64,000 nt of DNA from an uncultured Verrucomicrobiae bacterium (GCA_963702845.1 OY969763.1:3200001-3264000); one strand, 5' to 3'. Counted from the first letter of the stretch, positions 20,892-32,578 are shown. The notes: generated from the letters alone by a model not told the origin. Numbers and translations: made by a program.

Positions 20892-21195
20892 AAAAATGAT
20901 AGATGGCATGAATGTTCGCGGGCGTGGAACGAAAGCTCTGCGACCACCAGCCTATGGGTAACCACAAGGAAAGTCCTGACTTTCAAGTTTGCGCGGAGCC
21001 AGTCGCAAGCAAGCTTTCACCCAAGCTTCAACACTAGCAGATCAAACTGGCCTTCACGAGCAATGAGCGAGCAGCGACAGAATTGTGGGCGAATCCGCGG
21101 AAACTGTGTAGCTACGTCTTGCAATTTTATCTGAAATATCCAAATCTCTTCCTGTCAATCAGCTCTGCGGTGCAGGGTTCGTACGACCGACCCAC
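20892..21195 (+). repeat. Dispersed intergenic repeat fragment (5' half of consensus)
   Basis: Starts AAAAATGATAGATGGCATGAATG, contains CAGAATTGTGGGCGAATCCGCGGAAA and CTGCGGTGCAGGGTTCG. Colinear with 49828-50436. Confidence 0.9.
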
Positions 21196-21268
21196 TTGCT
21201 ACCACTTTCAACAATCATGCGGATTCGCCGACCAGAACCTGTTCCAACAATTTGCCTCTCGGCTGAGC

Positions 21269-24200
21269 TTACGGAGACTTCAGTCGAAAAAACCGCATCC
21301 CGTTTGTCGCGGGAATCGTCATTGAGAGTTCGCTCGCGTTGGTGGTTGTGGTTTGCGCTACCGAGGTCCAGGAATTCGTTTCAAGAGTAGTGCTTTCTTC
21401 CAGTGAATAGCAGCGCGCACTCGCTGGCCACGAGACGACTATGAATGCATTCGAGCCCACCACCTTGAGCAATGGCGAAGGAGTGAGAGGATCAACGTTG
21501 ACCACGCGGGTCGCGGTCGAGCTGTTGCCGGTAATGTCTTGCGCGCTATAGGTCAAGGTGTAGGCCCCAGCAACGCTGGTATCGACTGTTCCGGTGGTGG
21601 TCACGCTCACGATGCCAGTGCAGGCGTCATCGGCCGTTGCACCTGCGTCTGTGTAGACGGTGAACTGGCAGACGCTTTCAGGGCTGTTGCCAGCGACCGT
21701 AATCACAGGAGTGGTCGTGTCGTTGACCGTCACAGCGCGGGTCGCGCTGGAGGTGTTACCGGAGGCATCCGTTGCGGAATAGGTCAAGGTGTAAACACCA
21801 GGCGTATTGGCGTTCACTGAACCGGTCAAGGTCGCGGTCGTCAGTGTCTCGTCGCAACTGTCGGACGCGGTCGCTCCTGGATTGCTGAAGCTTCCATGGC
21901 ATTCGACCGTGCTCGGCCCAGCGTTGATCGTCACCACGGGTGCTGTCGTATCGGACACGGTCACCACGCGAGTCGCCGTGCCTGTGTTGCTTGAGGCGTC
22001 AGTCGCTGAATAGGTCAACGTGTATGTGCCAGGTGTATTGACGTTCACTGAACCGCCGGACAACGTGGCGGTCGTTACACCAGCGTCACAAGTATCCGAC
22101 GCCGTTGCGCCAGGATTGCTGAAGCTCGTATGGCACTCCACAGTTGTAGGGCCGTCGTTGATCGTAACGACCGGAGCGGTGCTATCCGAAACTGTGATCG
22201 CGCGAGTAGCGGAACCACTGTTGCCGGACGCGTCGGTTGCCGTGTAGGTCAACGTGTATGTGCCGGGAGTATTGGCGTCGACTGAACCGGTGAGGGTCGC
22301 ATTAGTGACACCAGCGTCACAAGTATCCGACGCGGTCGCACCGGGGTTGCTGAAGCTGGTATGGCATTCCACTGTGGTTGCACCGGCGTTGATGGTGATT
22401 TCCGGCGCGGTTGTGTCCGTGACTTGAACAGTGCGAAGAGCGGAGGCGGTGTTAACGTTGTCCGAGGCAGTGTAAGTCAACGTATATGTACCAACCGTAT
22501 TCGTGTCGAATGAGCCGGTGATCACGATGCTGGCGGTCACATCGCCCGCGCATGCGTCTGACGCCGTCGCGCCCAATTCAGTATAAGCAGTGTGACATTC
22601 AACCGTTACCAAACTTGCGCCGGTAAGAGCGATGCTCGGAGGAGTTGTATCGACGACATTGACAACGAGCGTGGCCGAGCCGGTGTTGCCGGACGCATCC
22701 GTGGCGGAGTAGGTCAACGTATAGGCGCCGACGACGTTTGGATTCACTGAACCGCTCGTAACAGTCGCCGTCGTAACAGCCGCGTCGCAAGCGTCAGACG
22801 CCGTCGCTCCAGGTGCGCTAAACGAATCATGACAATTTAGCGTCAGCGGATTGGAACCAGAGATGGAAACAACCGGCGCGATAGAATCAGACACTGTCAC
22901 CACGCGAGTAGCTGTCCCTGTGTTGCCGGATGCATCGGTGGCCGAGTAGATCAGGGTGTAGTTGCCGGGCGTATTGACGTTGACCGAACCAGAAAGAGTC
23001 GCGGTCGTCACGCCAGCATCGCAAGCGTCAGACGCCGTTGCGCCAGGATTGGTGAAACTGGTATGGCATTCGACCGTGGTCGGGCCAGCGTTGATTGTAA
23101 CCACAGGCGCGGTGTGATCCGACACTGTCACGACGCGAGTAGCCGTGCTTGTATTGCCGGTCGCATCGGTCGCCGAGTACGTGAGGGTGTAAGTCCCAGG
23201 TGTGTTGGCGTCCACTGAACCGGACAGGGTCGCGGTGGTCAGAGCGGTATCGCAGTCGTCAGAAACGGTTGCACCAGGATTGGTGAAACTGCTGTGGCAT
23301 TCGACCGTTGTCGCACCGGGGTTGATTGTAACCACAGGAGCAACGTTATCCGAAACGGTAACAACCCTTATCGCCGAGCCAGTGTGCCCGGAGGCATCGG
23401 TCGCCGAGTAAGTCAACGTGTAGGTGCCCGGCAGATTAACGTTCACTGAACCGGAGAGACTGGCAGTGACGCCAGGATCGCACGCATCAGAGGCGGTTGC
23501 GCCAGGATTGCTGAAGCTGCTATGGCATTCGACGGTGGTCGCACCTGGGTTGATCGTAACAACGGGAGCGATGTTATCGGAAACTGTCACCAAGCGGAAC
23601 GATGTCGCGGTATTGGGAACCGAGTCGCTTGCTGTGTAGGTAATCGTGTAAGTCCCGGGAGTGTTCGCGTCAACAGCACCAGTGGTTGTGACACTGATCG
23701 ATCCCTCACAAGCATCCGTCGCTGCAGCGCCAGCATCGGTATATGAGGTGTGACATTCAACAGTCGAAACCCCCGCGTTCTGGGTAATGACTGGCGCCAA
23801 CGTGTCAACCACGGTAACGGTCGCAACGAAACTGGTAATGGAATTGCCAAAGGCGTTTGTGGCGATAACGAAGTAAGAACCGGCGTTTAGGGCGCGCGAA
23901 TCAGGGAAAGGCAGCGCGGCATTGGTGGCGTCAGTGATCACCGTAGAAGCATTTGTATCACCTTGATACCATTGGTAGGCGATGTTCGTGGTTCCAGCAA
24001 CGACAACACTCAACGCGTTCGACGTGCCGCAATTGAATGCCTGATTGGTCAAGTCAGTTGTGAACACAGGGTCAACAACTTGCAATGTCGTCCCCGCTGC
24101 ATCGGTGTTGGCGCTGCCATCGGTGGTTGTCAAATCGACAGTGTAAACACCTGCATCAGCGGCCATGACGGCGGCGAGGGTCAGGTTCGCGCTCTGGGAT

Positions 24201-27200
24201 CCTGCCACTGTGGCGGCATTATCGAACGCTCCGTTGGCAAGATTAACTCCGCCTTTTTTCCATTGGTAAGTGCCAGTGCGGCCGGTTGAAATCACAGAAA
24301 GATGAATCGTTGAACCAGCGTTTGTCGTAATCGTGCTGGCTGCGACAGGGCTGGTGATGACAGGCGGGTCAGTTACGGTCAAGCTGGCAGCAGTCGAGGT
24401 TGCCGCCGCACCATAAGTGCCGGTTGCAACGAGTGTATACGCACCTTCATCCTGATAGGTGACGCCTGAAACAGTGAGGTTGGCAGTGGTCGCACCGGAA
24501 ACAACCGAACCGCCCGCTTGTGCGCCGTTGGAAAGAGCAGTCGCACCTTTTTTCCACTGATACGAGACGGTGCCCGAACTGGTCGCGCTACCAGCGAAAT
24601 TAGCGGTTTGTCCGGCATTGAGGTTCAACGAGGTCGGATTGCTGGTGATAAATGCCGCACGGCGATAGGAGAGCACCAGATCACTGCCGCTGACGGTTAC
24701 AAACCAGAACCCGCCAGTACCTACAGTGTTTTGGAAGGCGGAACTATCGACATTGATTGCCGTTGCGCCGTTGCCAGTGATGGCCCCGCTCGCATGCAGG
24801 ATGACAAAGTCATAGTCTGTGTTGCCGTCGAAGTTTGCAGCCGAACCAGCAGCAGTGCCGTTAAGTGAAGTGACCTTGATGTTGAACTTGCTGCCAGTCG
24901 TAGCCGTGATGTTGGCCGAAGTGGCGTTAATCGTGTCGTAGGCCGAACCGATCGAGCCAGTCAAATTGTTAATTTCCCAAACGTAACTACCGCCGCCAGC
25001 CAGGGTGGCCGCGCCGGTTGTCAGTGTGCCCGGGCCCGCGCCGGGCGAAATCGTTCCGTTGACAGTCACTGCGGGAACCGTTCCATTACCGGCCAACGTT
25101 CCAGCCGCGCTCACCGTAACAGCCGAACTTGCCATGGTGCCGTCGACCCGAAGTGTGCCACCGCTAACCGTGGTCGCCCCCAAATAGGTGCTTGCGGTGC
25201 CGCTTGCCAAAACTAATGTTCCGTTGCCGGCCTTTGTTAGTGTGCGCGACCCGCTGTCCTGACCGACGCCGCCAGTCCCGGATAGCGTAAGCGTTCCGGC
25301 ATTCACAGTGACGGTGCGATTCGCGGCGCTGATCGTCACCGGTCCGGAGATCGTCATATCAGAGGTTCCAATGAAGGTCGGACTGCCGTTATTAAATAGG
25401 AAGGCGTTGGTCATGGTCATTGCGGAGCCCGATGCATTGTCGATCGCACTGTTCGCAGCCTGCACATAAGTACCGAAACCAAGAGCGGCTGCGTTACCAA
25501 AGGCCAAGGTGCCGTTGCCGCCGGAACTTAAATTGGTGGTGTTGCCGCTGTAGGTATTAACACCGCTGATGGTCCATGTGCCGGTGCCTGAGTGTGCCAA
25601 CGACGTGATGTTTTTCACGCCGGGAATGGTTATCGTTGCACCAGAGCTAATTGTTGCGGTGATAGCCGCGCTGATTGTGATTTTCAACGTGCTGTTCGTA
25701 ATTCCTAGAACCGTTGTACCCGCCGGAATGCTCGTGCCGGTTACAGCAGCTCCCACTGATATGCCGTTCACCGAGGCGAGCGTCAGTGAGGCAGCGCCGC
25801 TCGAGGCACTGGCCGTAGTCACCGTCGATCCAGTCGGGCCGTCGGGAATCGAACCGGAAATTTCGCCTGTGCCCGCGGTCGAACCTTGGAGAGTCAAAAC
25901 CTTGGGTGCATTGCCACTGGCTGTGTTAGCTGCAGTGAATTTTAACAAACCGGTTCCTGATTGATCGATCACTGCTCCACCGGTGGTGCCAGCGAGGTCA
26001 ACGATGCGATCAGTTGTTTCACCCGTGCCGGTGTAAAGCAACGTTCCAGCGACAGTGGTAGAACCGATTGACACCGTGCCGTTAGCCGAAGTGGTGGGAT
26101 GGCCAAGGCTGCTGCTGGCAGATCCGGAAGTGACTTTGTTCAGCGAAGTCACGTTTAACGTGCCGCCACTGATTGTCGTCTTGCCGCTATAAGTATTGGC
26201 GCCAGTCAACACGAGCGATCCGGTGGCGCTGCTCTTCGTAAGATTGCCCGTGCCGCTGATGACACCGGCAATCGTGCCAGTGACACTTGCAATGCAAGCA
26301 ATGATGGAACTGGAGCCGTTCCCCAACGTGATTCCACGGTTTGCGGCGAGAGTCGCGCCAGTTTGGTTAAATGCCAAAAACGCACCGTTCGTCAGCGTGA
26401 TAGCATCGGGGGTCGCGCTGGCGGGAACTGCTCCGAGGTTGCTATCGGTGTTGAAGTTCAACCCGCCCCCCTTGACAAAGAGTTTGCCTGTTATAGTGGA
26501 GCTGTTATCGGCGGTGAAGAAAACGGCACCGGAATCCTGCGATGTCGCATTTGCGTTGATCGTCAGCAAACCTGGCGAGGTGATTTGGCCTGGCACGGTA
26601 AGCGTGAAGCCTGATACCGCACCGATGGAACCGCCATTGTTGATCGTGATACCACGATTAGCGCTCAGGCTGAAACTATAGGAATTGCCGCGGATTTTTC
26701 CGCCATTTTTGAGCGTAACCGCGTCAGCCAGAAAGCTGCCCGGAGTTGCGCCTAAACATTCGTCGACCCCACCGACGGTGCTCTGGCCGATTGTCACCAA
26801 TGCAGTATCGACGACCAACTTAGAGAACGTGTTATGGCCGTAAGTAGCATTGACCGAATTTGTTTGCAGTCGGATGTCACCGGCTCCGCTCACTGTGAGA
26901 GTATTCCCGGCGCCTTGGATCAAGCCGTTGTAAATTAGAATTGCGGCAGAACTTGGAATGTTAAGCGCGCCACCGCTCGCTCCGATGTTGAACAAGCGGT
27001 TCGCTGTCAAACTATCAACGGTCGTAGTATCATCTTGATACGTTCCGTTGTTCAGCGTGATATTACCAGCACCTGCACTTGTGCCGCCGATAGCGCCGCT
27101 AAGGCTCAATTCGAGCACAGCGCCGCTCGTCACGGACGTCGGTCCGGTAATGGCACCCAGCACGTTGTTGGTAAGCTTGAGGGTGCCGGGCCCAACAACA

Positions 27201-27622
27201 CTGTAACCAACTGTACCAGCCAGTCCGGAGGTGATCAGTGTGGTTCCACTACCGGGAAGAGTAATTACACCTTTGCCCGCTCCTGCAAGAGTCAGGGTGG
27301 TGTTGGTAATCGTGTAACCAGCAGTTTGGAAGGTAAGATTGCCTGCAGTGCGAGGACCGGAAAGGGAAACTAAGCCAGCCGTGCCCCAGAAAAATGCATC
27401 GTTGCCTTCAGTCCATACGACATCTGCGTCTGTGCCGCAGTCGCTGGCCGTCCACAATGCGGTAGCGGTGCTCCAGCTACCGCTTCCCCCCAGCCCTACG
27501 CCAGTCGCGCAGATGTTGTTCGCGCCGCTACCATCAGAGTCATAATATTGGATAGCGCCGTGTGCCGGTTGGGCCAACGCAAGGCAAAGAGCAGAGAAAG
27601 CGATTACAGTATTTTTTGTCAT
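21269..27622 (-). CDS. Giant secreted surface protein: autotransporter-associated beta-strand repeats, Ig-like domains and 10 DUF5011-like repeats
   Basis: Signal peptide MTKNTVIAFSALCLALAQPAHG; LTGANTYSGKTTISGGTL repeats; YQWKKG Ig domains; DxxAPV..VECH..PGATASDxC..GTYTLTYSATD repeats; ends RFFRLKSP. Confidence 0.88.
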   Translation of the reverse strand: MTKNTVIAFSALCLALAQPAHGAIQYYDSDGSGANNICATGVGLGGSGSWSTATALWTASDCGTDADVVWTEGNDAFFWGTAGLVSLSGPRTAGNLTFQTAGYTITNTTLTLAGAGKGVITLPGSGTTLITSGLAGTVGYSVVGPGTLKLTNNVLGAITGPTSVTSGAVLELSLSGAIGGTSAGAGNITLNNGTYQDDTTTVDSLTANRLFNIGASGGALNIPSSAAILIYNGLIQGAGNTLTVSGAGDIRLQTNSVNATYGHNTFSKLVVDTALVTIGQSTVGGVDECLGATPGSFLADAVTLKNGGKIRGNSYSFSLSANRGITINNGGSIGAVSGFTLTVPGQITSPGLLTINANATSQDSGAVFFTADNSSTITGKLFVKGGGLNFNTDSNLGAVPASATPDAITLTNGAFLAFNQTGATLAANRGITLGNGSSSIIACIASVTGTIAGVISGTGNLTKSSATGSLVLTGANTYSGKTTISGGTLNVTSLNKVTSGSASSSLGHPTTSANGTVSIGSTTVAGTLLYTGTGETTDRIVDLAGTTGGAVIDQSGTGLLKFTAANTASGNAPKVLTLQGSTAGTGEISGSIPDGPTGSTVTTASASSGAASLTLASVNGISVGAAVTGTSIPAGTTVLGITNSTLKITISAAITATISSGATITIPGVKNITSLAHSGTGTWTISGVNTYSGNTTNLSSGGNGTLAFGNAAALGFGTYVQAANSAIDNASGSAMTMTNAFLFNNGSPTFIGTSDMTISGPVTISAANRTVTVNAGTLTLSGTGGVGQDSGSRTLTKAGNGTLVLASGTASTYLGATTVSGGTLRVDGTMASSAVTVSAAGTLAGNGTVPAVTVNGTISPGAGPGTLTTGAATLAGGGSYVWEINNLTGSIGSAYDTINATSANITATTGSKFNIKVTSLNGTAAGSAANFDGNTDYDFVILHASGAITGNGATAINVDSSAFQNTVGTGGFWFVTVSGSDLVLSYRRAAFITSNPTSLNLNAGQTANFAGSATSSGTVSYQWKKGATALSNGAQAGGSVVSGATTANLTVSGVTYQDEGAYTLVATGTYGAAATSTAASLTVTDPPVITSPVAASTITTNAGSTIHLSVISTGRTGTYQWKKGGVNLANGAFDNAATVAGSQSANLTLAAVMAADAGVYTVDLTTTDGSANTDAAGTTLQVVDPVFTTDLTNQAFNCGTSNALSVVVAGTTNIAYQWYQGDTNASTVITDATNAALPFPDSRALNAGSYFVIATNAFGNSITSFVATVTVVDTLAPVITQNAGVSTVECHTSYTDAGAAATDACEGSISVTTTGAVDANTPGTYTITYTASDSVPNTATSFRLVTVSDNIAPVVTINPGATTVECHSSFSNPGATASDACDPGVTASLSGSVNVNLPGTYTLTYSATDASGHTGSAIRVVTVSDNVAPVVTINPGATTVECHSSFTNPGATVSDDCDTALTTATLSGSVDANTPGTYTLTYSATDATGNTSTATRVVTVSDHTAPVVTINAGPTTVECHTSFTNPGATASDACDAGVTTATLSGSVNVNTPGNYTLIYSATDASGNTGTATRVVTVSDSIAPVVSISGSNPLTLNCHDSFSAPGATASDACDAAVTTATVTSGSVNPNVVGAYTLTYSATDASGNTGSATLVVNVVDTTPPSIALTGASLVTVECHTAYTELGATASDACAGDVTASIVITGSFDTNTVGTYTLTYTASDNVNTASALRTVQVTDTTAPEITINAGATTVECHTSFSNPGATASDTCDAGVTNATLTGSVDANTPGTYTLTYTATDASGNSGSATRAITVSDSTAPVVTINDGPTTVECHTSFSNPGATASDTCDAGVTTATLSGGSVNVNTPGTYTLTYSATDASSNTGTATRVVTVSDTTAPVVTINAGPSTVECHGSFSNPGATASDSCDETLTTATLTGSVNANTPGVYTLTYSATDASGNTSSATRAVTVNDTTTPVITVAGNSPESVCQFTVYTDAGATADDACTGIVSVTTTGTVDTSVAGAYTLTYSAQDITGNSSTATRVVNVDPLTPSPLLKVVGSNAFIVVSWPASARCYSLEESTTLETNSWTSVAQTTTTNASELSMTIPATNGMRFFRLKSP

Positions 27623-28064
27623 AAGATTGGGGACACGGCGAGAGCGAACGCTTCGCAGCGGCTTAAAAAGGAACCTTTGGCGAATGATTTTACAGGGCAC
27701 ACCAGTAACAGTCTAACAATTGCAGTAGTATGTTGGTCCTCGGTGACCTCCTACAGTAACACGTTATTGCCGTGGCGTCAAATAAGCTACACGGATTTCT
27801 CGCAACAATCGTCCATTTTTAGTTCTAATCGCACTAACGAGGCTCCGAAGCGGCGCTCGACGTTTGAGGTTATCTTGACAGGGAGGCTCTAATTACAAAC
27901 TCGTCAAACATGCTCTGTCACGTTGTTGACCTCGACGGCCCTGCGGCCGCCAGCGGACACTATGCATTGTTCATTCACGGCCACGACGGCAATTACAAAG
28001 GGTTGACTCCGCGCGACACGCAAATGCATCGACGGCCCGTTTGAAAGTTATCGGCCATTTTCAA

Positions 28065-28125
28065 ATCACTGCCATGAACCGCGCCATCCGCGCCCATCGC
28101 CGCCTTTGCCGTCTGGCTCCTGAAA
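28065..28125 (+). repeat. Fragment of the 61116-61943 ORF
   Basis: ATCACTGCCATGAACCGCGCCATCCGCGCCCATCGCCG is identical to 61269-61306, and the match continues to CTGGCTCCTGAAA. Confidence 0.9.
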
Positions 28126-28407
28126 GTTCGACAAAATCAAAGAAACACGTCGACCCTCCTCATTGCAGGAGTTTGCCTTTGACGTCCGCCCCTTCCAATG
28201 TCAGCGGAATATCCGACGACGACCAAGTCTAATCTAGATCACCACTCTGAATACCGAGTCAATTCACTTCTCCAGCGTCCGCAAACTCACTTCGCCGAAA
28301 ACCAAGCTGAATTTATGTTGACAACGTCCGTACCGCGGGAATCTACTCATTAAACATCCGTTACTGACCCCCTGGGCTGGACAGCGCTACCAAAAACCAA
28401 TTCTTGT

Positions 28408-30657
28408 ATGAGATCATCACCTCAAAACAAAACGCCGTTCGGTTTTGCCATCTCGATGGCAGCGGTGATCTGTTTCGGCATAGTCGCGGTATGGAGCGCC
28501 TCCAGGAACATCGAAACATTTCGTCAAGTTAACGAAATTCGCCAGACCGTAGAGTGTTGCGACCGCATCTTCGTGCAAATGCTCGATATCGAAACAGGGA
28601 TGCGGGAATTTGTCGGCTCCGGTGATGAAAAACTCCTTGATCGGTATTTGGAGGGTGTTACATCAATTCACGAGTCGTTCGCGATGGCGCAACGCCTGAC
28701 CCACCAAAATCCCAAACAGCGAGTCCAGTTGCAAACCCTTGAGCCGCTCATCGAACAGAAACTCGCGTTTGTAGACGAAACAGTCCAACTCTGCCGAAAG
28801 GGAGACCTCAGCGGCGCTCGCCAACGCATTGCATCAGGTCAGGGCAGACGGATGATGGATCAAATCCGAAAAGTCATAGCCCAGGTGGAAACCGAAGAGA
28901 GTGTGGAGCTGCGCACGCGTGTGGCAGACGAAGAGACGGCAACGCATACCACCATTGTGATCATAATTGTGAGCGGGCTGATTTCCCTGGCACTCGTGGG
29001 ACTTGCCGGCCTCATCGTCCGGCATGACTTTTGGAAACGGAAAGACGTTGAAGCCGATCTCCATGTCGCATCTGAACGGCTGGCACTGGCCACGCGCGCG
29101 ACGAACGTTGGCATATGGGACTGGAATATCGCCGACGCCAAATTGTTTTGGGACGACGCGACGTATGATATATACGGTGTTACACGAGGCCAATTTGTTC
29201 CGTCCTACGAGGCATTTGAGGCCATGATTCATCCTGATGATCGCCAGCGGGTGCGTGAAGATGTCCAGAGCGCTGTGCGGGGTGAGAAGGAATATGCCCT
29301 CGAGTTCCGCGTTGTATGGCCGGACAAATCGGTCCGCTATCTGGAAACGAAGGCTACCATTCTGCGCGATGATTCGGGCAAGCCCATTCGCATGCTGGGG
29401 ACGAACTGGGACGTCACTGAGCGCAAACAGGTAGAAGACGCTCTGCGCCAAAGCGAAGAAACCATGCGGATGATGACAGAGTCAGTTCCACAAATGGTCT
29501 GGATGTGTCGGCCCGACGGCTGGAACATTTTCATTAATCAAAAGTGGGTCGATTACACCGGACAAAGCGTCGAGGAGTGCAACGGCCACGGCTGGAACAA
29601 ACCCTTTCATCCCGATGACCAGTTGCGGGCCTGGAATGCCTGGAAGCTCGCCATCAAAACGGGCGGGCCTTACGACCTCGAATGCCGGTTGCGGCGGACC
29701 GACGGTGCCTATCACTGGTTTCTCATCAGAGGATTGCCAGTGCGAGATGCGCAAGGCGCAATCCTGAAGTGGTTCGGCACCTGCACGGACATTGACGACA
29801 GGAAAAAGGCCGAAGAGCAAATCGAAGCGCTCAATGCGAGGCTCGCCCAACAGGCTGCCAGCCTTGAAAAGGAAGTCTGCAAACGCACGGCCAAATTAAG
29901 CGAATCGATGAAATCGTTGGAGACGTTGACTTACTCCATGGCGCACGACTTGCGCACTCCTGTCCGCGCCATGTCCAGCATCACCGTTGCGTTGCTTGAA
30001 GACGTTCCCTTGGATAAAACCGGAAAAGACTACGCGCAACGAATTCATAATGCCGCCAGACGTATGGACAAGCTTCTCAGCGATTTGCTCGATTATGGTC
30101 GATTGACTCACATCCAATTCTGTACCCGCCCGGTCAACCTGAAACATCAAATCGATAATGTCCTGACGCACTTTGCTGAAGATATCTCGAAAACAAATGC
30201 CGCCATCCGCATCCATGAACCGATGCCCCTTGTTTTGGCCAATGAAAGGCTGCTCGAACAGACCCTGTCGAATCTGCTTTCCAACGCGCTTAAATTCGTC
30301 GCGCCCGGCATGGCTCCGAAAATATTTTTTCACGCCGAAACACGCGGCTCCGCCGTGCGCTTGTGGGTGGAAGACAACGGTATTGGCATCGCGCCGGAGT
30401 ATCGCGAAAAGATTTTTCAGCTCTTTCAACGTCTTCACCCGACCGAAGTGTTTCCCGGCACCGGGGTCGGTCTCGCCATCGTCCATCGAGCCGTCGAAGA
30501 CATGGGAGGTCACGTGGGCGTCGAATCAGAAAAGGGTTGGGGCAGCAGGTTTTGGATCGAACTCCCCGCAGCGGAAAACGCGGATGACACGACAACGTTT
30601 ATTTCGATTGGAGATCATGCCCCCACAACGAATCGTGCGTTGAAAACTGTTGCGTGA
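28408..30657 (+). CDS. CHASE3-PAS-PAS sensor histidine kinase
   Basis: DIETGMREF (CHASE3), two PAS/PAC domains (HPDD), HDLRTP, NLLSNALKF, DNGIGI, GTGVGL. Confidence 0.92.
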   Translation: MRSSPQNKTPFGFAISMAAVICFGIVAVWSASRNIETFRQVNEIRQTVECCDRIFVQMLDIETGMREFVGSGDEKLLDRYLEGVTSIHESFAMAQRLTHQNPKQRVQLQTLEPLIEQKLAFVDETVQLCRKGDLSGARQRIASGQGRRMMDQIRKVIAQVETEESVELRTRVADEETATHTTIVIIIVSGLISLALVGLAGLIVRHDFWKRKDVEADLHVASERLALATRATNVGIWDWNIADAKLFWDDATYDIYGVTRGQFVPSYEAFEAMIHPDDRQRVREDVQSAVRGEKEYALEFRVVWPDKSVRYLETKATILRDDSGKPIRMLGTNWDVTERKQVEDALRQSEETMRMMTESVPQMVWMCRPDGWNIFINQKWVDYTGQSVEECNGHGWNKPFHPDDQLRAWNAWKLAIKTGGPYDLECRLRRTDGAYHWFLIRGLPVRDAQGAILKWFGTCTDIDDRKKAEEQIEALNARLAQQAASLEKEVCKRTAKLSESMKSLETLTYSMAHDLRTPVRAMSSITVALLEDVPLDKTGKDYAQRIHNAARRMDKLLSDLLDYGRLTHIQFCTRPVNLKHQIDNVLTHFAEDISKTNAAIRIHEPMPLVLANERLLEQTLSNLLSNALKFVAPGMAPKIFFHAETRGSAVRLWVEDNGIGIAPEYREKIFQLFQRLHPTEVFPGTGVGLAIVHRAVEDMGGHVGVESEKGWGSRFWIELPAAENADDTTTFISIGDHAPTTNRALKTVA

Positions 30658-30866
30658 AGTGACAGCCACTGGGCAGGAACTGAAACTTCACCCTCTCCTC
30701 ACGCCGCAGGGAAACTAACCTAAACCAAAAGCAAACAAGTTGACGTCCCTCATGCTCAGAGCACTGCCGCACTCCACTTCGTGCGGGCGTTGGTGCAAGT
30801 GACATGGCACTCCTGCCGGAGCTTGGGGCAGTGGCTTGTTGCTGGCCTAACTATTAGGTTTCACTT

Positions 30867-32348
30867 TTACTGATCCGAATTGCCCAGGACTTTTGCGCGT
30901 TTTTTGCCTGCGCCCTTGCCCGGTCGCTTCCTATCCCCGGCGGGTGCGCTGATGTCGTCCGCATAATCCGGAACGCGGAAGTCCACTAGCTTGGACTGAC
31001 GCTCGAACTCGGTTTGAAGCTGTGCGCGGAGGTCTTTCTGGGCGGGATTCGCGGCCAGGTTATCGGTTTCGTAAGGATCCGCTTTCAAGTTGAACATTTC
31101 GGTCCAATCCACGTGCCCAGGATATTGCACCAGCTTGCTGGCATCGGTCCGTACCGCATAGATGGTTGGCACGGCAAAGTTGCGTTCGAAAAAGTATTCG
31201 TAGAAGAAAGCTGTGCGCCAATCCGGCGGCGTAGCGCTTTTGTGTTCGAGCAATGGACGCCAGCTCCGGCCCTGCATCGGTTTGGGAACGGTCATCCCGG
31301 CGTAATCAAGCAATGTCGGCGCGAGGTCAATGTTCAACACCGTCTCGTCCACCAATGCACCGCGCACGCCGAGCCGTGGATAACGCAGCAACAGCGGAAT
31401 GCGCATGCTTTCTTCATAAGCGGAACGTTTGTCGCCCAGTCCGTGGTCGCCGAGGTAATATCCGTTGTCGCTGGTGTAGATCACCATCGTGTTGTCGGCA
31501 ATGCCTAGTTCGTCGAGCGTCGCCAACAGTTTGCCGAGGTCTTCATCTGCTGCCGCGATGCAGCGGAAGTAATTCATCCGGCCCTTGGTCTTTTTCCATT
31601 TGGCGTCCAGCCCAGCGGGCTTGTTCACCTTTGCGCGCATCTCGGCCAGGTAGGGCGGTTTGGCGTCTTCGTTGACGGCGGGATGCCATACCGCATCGGT
31701 AAAGGCATTTTTCCAACGGTCCGGTGGCGTGCGCGGATCGTGCGGCGACTTGAACCCGACAACCAGCGAGAAGGGCCGCGACTTATTCGTGCGAATGAAG
31801 CTAATGGCGAATTCTGTTGTGACATCGTCCACCCATCCGTGCGTGGGTTGGGAGACGCCGTTGATTTCGAAGGGGCAATCTTCGTAACGGCCGTGGCCGA
31901 TGTAGCTGGCCGAAAAATCGAATCCGGGCCGTTGCCCACTCTGACTGCCCATATGCCATTTGCCGATGTAACCGGTCTTGTAACCATTGGCGCGCATGAC
32001 GGACGCGTGAGTGACGCTGTTGATCGGGAACGGCGTGTGATTGTTGGCGACGCCGTTGAGATGGTTGTAGCGTCCGGTGAGGAACGCGGCACGGCTGGGC
32101 GCACACAGCGAACTGGTGACAAAGGCGTTGCGAAAGCGCACTCCCTCCGCCGCAAGTCGGTCCATATTGGGCGTCTTAAACCATGGAAAGCGCCCATGCT
32201 CACCTTGTTCGCGTTGCACAACGCTCATCGCATCGTAACGCTGGTCATCAGTGTAAATGAACAGGAAATTAGGCCGCGCATCGGCGGCGGGAGCGGCCTG
32301 AAGCATCGGCGCAAGCAGTGAGCAAAGGAGCAGAATAGTTATTCTCAT
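30867..32348 (-). CDS. Formylglycine-dependent sulfatase (secreted)
   Basis: Signal peptide, RPNFLFIYTDDQ, CAPSRA motif, GKWH, SDNG. Confidence 0.93.
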   Translation of the reverse strand: MRITILLLCSLLAPMLQAAPAADARPNFLFIYTDDQRYDAMSVVQREQGEHGRFPWFKTPNMDRLAAEGVRFRNAFVTSSLCAPSRAAFLTGRYNHLNGVANNHTPFPINSVTHASVMRANGYKTGYIGKWHMGSQSGQRPGFDFSASYIGHGRYEDCPFEINGVSQPTHGWVDDVTTEFAISFIRTNKSRPFSLVVGFKSPHDPRTPPDRWKNAFTDAVWHPAVNEDAKPPYLAEMRAKVNKPAGLDAKWKKTKGRMNYFRCIAAADEDLGKLLATLDELGIADNTMVIYTSDNGYYLGDHGLGDKRSAYEESMRIPLLLRYPRLGVRGALVDETVLNIDLAPTLLDYAGMTVPKPMQGRSWRPLLEHKSATPPDWRTAFFYEYFFERNFAVPTIYAVRTDASKLVQYPGHVDWTEMFNLKADPYETDNLAANPAQKDLRAQLQTEFERQSKLVDFRVPDYADDISAPAGDRKRPGKGAGKKRAKVLGNSDQ

Positions 32349-32464
32349 TACGTTGTCGGTTAACGATACAAAGATGGACATGGAGACGGTGTTGGACGGG
32401 CAAAGGTAACTGACTGCGTCGAATAGCTGCTTGCCATTCGGATCTCTCGATCTTTTTTTACATT

Positions 32465-32578
32465 GGTGAGAGAAGGTTTATGCGATGCGTGAAAACGCGC
32501 CGCCATATCGACTCGTAAACTCAAAGAATCCTAAGAATCCGTTAGCGAACTGTTGTCGTTCGCTTACATATGTGCCGG
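32465..32578 (+). repeat. Dispersed intergenic repeat fragment (3' part of consensus)
   Basis: GGTGAGAGAAGGTTTATGCGATGCGTGAAAACGCGCCGCC..CTCAAAGAATCCTAAGAATCCGT..CGAACTGTTGTCGTTCGC aligns to 60378-60502. Confidence 0.9.
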